Of a stretch of DNA of 39,625 nt, positions 37,697-39,625 are shown in pieces. The notes beneath the pieces were generated by a model. That model did no database searches. It saw only the letters and a list, made by a program, of their open reading frames with translations, and was not told where the DNA came from. The position numbers and the translations under genes are program-made. Source of the DNA: Escherichia phage nasanit; the sequence record PV245933.1; one strand, 5' to 3'. Numbering within the stretch: position 1 is the stretch's first letter; the number at the start of each line of letters is the position of its first letter.

Positions 37697-39625
37697 ATGG
37701 CTAACAAAATTTCCACTGTGCGTACTTACCCACTTAATGGTGCCGTGAACTTCACAATCACCTTTGAGTATCTGGCCCGTAAGTTCGTGCAAGTAACCCT
37801 AATTGGTAAAGACCGTAAGGAACTGGTTCTCAATCAGGACTACCGCTTTACCTCTAAGACGCAAATCACAACATCTCGTACTTGGACTGCCGCAGATGGC
37901 TACCAGATGATTGAGATTCGTCGATTCACTTCAGCTACTGACCGTCTGGTTGACTTTGCTGATGGCTCTATTCTTCGTGCGTATGACCTGAACATCTCAC
38001 AGATTCAGACGCTGCACGTTGCTGAGGAAGCACGAGACCTCACTGCTGATACTATTGGTGTCAACAACGATGGTCACTTAGATGCCCGTGGTCGTAAGAT
38101 TGTGAACCTTGCGTTCGCTACCAATGACTATGATGCGGTCCCTCTGAAGCAGATTAAAGAGCGTGAGTCCTCTGCGTGGAGTGCTGTTACTAAGGCAAAC
38201 GAACATGCTGACCGTTCTAATCGAGAGGCTAATCGTTCTCGTGATGAGGCTAACCGTGCTCAACGTGAAGCTGACCGTTCAACTCAACAGGCAGGTATCT
38301 CTACGGCACAAGCGGTTGAGTCCAAGAAGCAAGCTGACCGTTCCAACTCTGAGGCTAACCGTGCTAAAGGTTATGCTGATAGTATGACCGCAAGTGTCGC
38401 TGAGGCCAAGAAGCAAGCTGACCGTTCCAACTCTGAGGCCAATCGTGCCCGTGATGAGGCCAATCGTGCTGCCGGAGAAGTGACTAAAGCTGCTGCTGAG
38501 GTTGCCAAGGCTGCTGCACATGTGGCTACAGCTAAGGGACATGCTGACCGAGCCAACACTGAGGCCAACCGCTCCAAGAGTGAAGCCGACCGTGCAAAGA
38601 CCGAGGCCGATAAGTTGGGGAACATGAATGACCTAGCAGGGACCATTGAGAGCATTGGAAGTAATGGTAAGGACATTAACTTCAAGGGAGGCGTTAATGG
38701 TAACACAATTCTTGCTAAGAACTCTGTACACGCTGGGGTTCAACCAAACACTGCGTTCTTCAGTGATAACACACTACGTCTTCGCAACCGTGACCACAAG
38801 GAACGCGCTTGGGACATCTTTGTTTGGGGTAATGATTCTGGACGGGGCAACGTACTGGAGTTCGGAACTAACTACGGTAAAGGGTATGGGATGTACTTGC
38901 AGTTTGCTAATGGTGACTCACAAGATTCCCAACTTCAGGTTAATGGTGCAATTGCAGCTAAGACAGATATTTATGGACGGGGCATCACAGCAAATGGGGA
39001 ATTAATTACCCGATCACAAAACCTTAAGCTGATTAACTCTGCTCGTCGACATATTCAGTTCATGACTGCCGATAACTACACCGATGGTTATCTCTATAAA
39101 GACCCCGGTGCTGGTGCGTGGAGACTTAACTTTGGTCATGCAGCTAACATGGAGTATACGTTTGCTTCAAACGGTCACTTGACATCTAACTCAGGGTGGA
39201 ACATCCCACCAGATGGTAACCTATATATCAAGAAGTACGGAATGTACATTGATGCTTGGGTCAACAAGCGTCTGTCCGAACATGCCTACAACAAGGGTGA
39301 AGTTAACAACTTGGTCAACGGTCGCCTCACTGCTGGTCAAGGTGATGGTCGCTATGTCCGCAAGAACGCTGGGTGGGCTGAGGTCTGGAAAGGCTCTGCT
39401 GGTGGTGGTGTCTCTGTAGGTCTCTCTCAAGATGTCCGCTGGAGAACCATCTGGATTCAAACACAAGGTCGTTGGAACCCTGTTCAAATTGGGGACAATG
39501 GGGCTTACTATATCTCGTCTATGGGTGGGTGGTTGCAGTTCACCATCTCTAATAACGGTAGGACGTTCCGTAACGATGCAGACAGAGCTTCTGTTCCTAC
39601 GAGAATCTTGGTTCAAACCCAATAA
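37697..39625 (+). CDS. 17: Tail fiber protein, gp17
   Basis: 642 aa; N-terminal tail-attachment domain MANKISTVRTYPLNG..FEYLARKFV..DGSILRAYDLN and C-terminal block GWAEVWKGSAGGGVSV..WIQTQ conserved with T7; repeat-expanded shaft; ends at last base of window. Confidence 0.93.
   Translation: MANKISTVRTYPLNGAVNFTITFEYLARKFVQVTLIGKDRKELVLNQDYRFTSKTQITTSRTWTAADGYQMIEIRRFTSATDRLVDFADGSILRAYDLNISQIQTLHVAEEARDLTADTIGVNNDGHLDARGRKIVNLAFATNDYDAVPLKQIKERESSAWSAVTKANEHADRSNREANRSRDEANRAQREADRSTQQAGISTAQAVESKKQADRSNSEANRAKGYADSMTASVAEAKKQADRSNSEANRARDEANRAAGEVTKAAAEVAKAAAHVATAKGHADRANTEANRSKSEADRAKTEADKLGNMNDLAGTIESIGSNGKDINFKGGVNGNTILAKNSVHAGVQPNTAFFSDNTLRLRNRDHKERAWDIFVWGNDSGRGNVLEFGTNYGKGYGMYLQFANGDSQDSQLQVNGAIAAKTDIYGRGITANGELITRSQNLKLINSARRHIQFMTADNYTDGYLYKDPGAGAWRLNFGHAANMEYTFASNGHLTSNSGWNIPPDGNLYIKKYGMYIDAWVNKRLSEHAYNKGEVNNLVNGRLTAGQGDGRYVRKNAGWAEVWKGSAGGGVSVGLSQDVRWRTIWIQTQGRWNPVQIGDNGAYYISSMGGWLQFTISNNGRTFRNDADRASVPTRILVQTQ
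38207..38610 (+). repeat. In-frame tandem repeats within tail fiber shaft (ADRSN-x-EANR units)
   Basis: About 34-bp direct repeat AAGAAGCAAGCTGACCGTTCCAACTCTGAGGC at 38328 and 38403, plus degenerate copies; protein motif ADRSN(R/S)EANR(S/A) repeated 4-5 times. Confidence 0.6.

Overview
This window is essentially a complete, circularly permuted genome (39,625 bp) of a T7/T3-like podovirus (Autographiviridae, T7 supergroup). All credible genes are on the + strand in canonical T7 order, but the window opens in the gene 17 / 17.5 intergenic region. The order here is: lysis and packaging genes 17.5-19.5 (45-3811); a collapsed genome-end / terminal-repeat region (about 3812-4365); host-RNAP early promoters and early genes 0.3 to 1.3 (4367-12520); DNA-metabolism genes 1.4 to 6.7 (12296-22833); and virion genes 7.3 to 17 (22848-39625). 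I count 16 phage-RNAP promoters (consensus TAATACGACTCACTAT-T-GGGAGA, i.e. T7-like but T at -1), 4 sigma70-type early promoters, 2 intrinsic terminators, 8 copies of a conserved processing hairpin (RNase III-site-like) and a -1 frameshift site at the end of the capsid gene. The phage is mosaic: T7-type RNAP and promoters, but a T3-type gene 0.3 (SAM-cleaving enzyme) rather than Ocr. Candidates for undescribed biology are: (i) an unassigned 185-aa late ORF between the spanins and the large terminase (1057-1614); (ii) five perfect consensus DnaA boxes in direct repeat inside the putative terminal repeat (4085-4187); (iii) an unusually long, structured leader on the major capsid gene; (iv) small early ORFs each behind a duplicated processing hairpin; (v) a membrane-anchored 185-aa ORF between the two origin-region promoters. 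All homology calls rest on my recollection of T7/T3 proteins and on motifs visible in the translations; no database search was run. Coordinates of short regulatory elements are approximate to a few bases.
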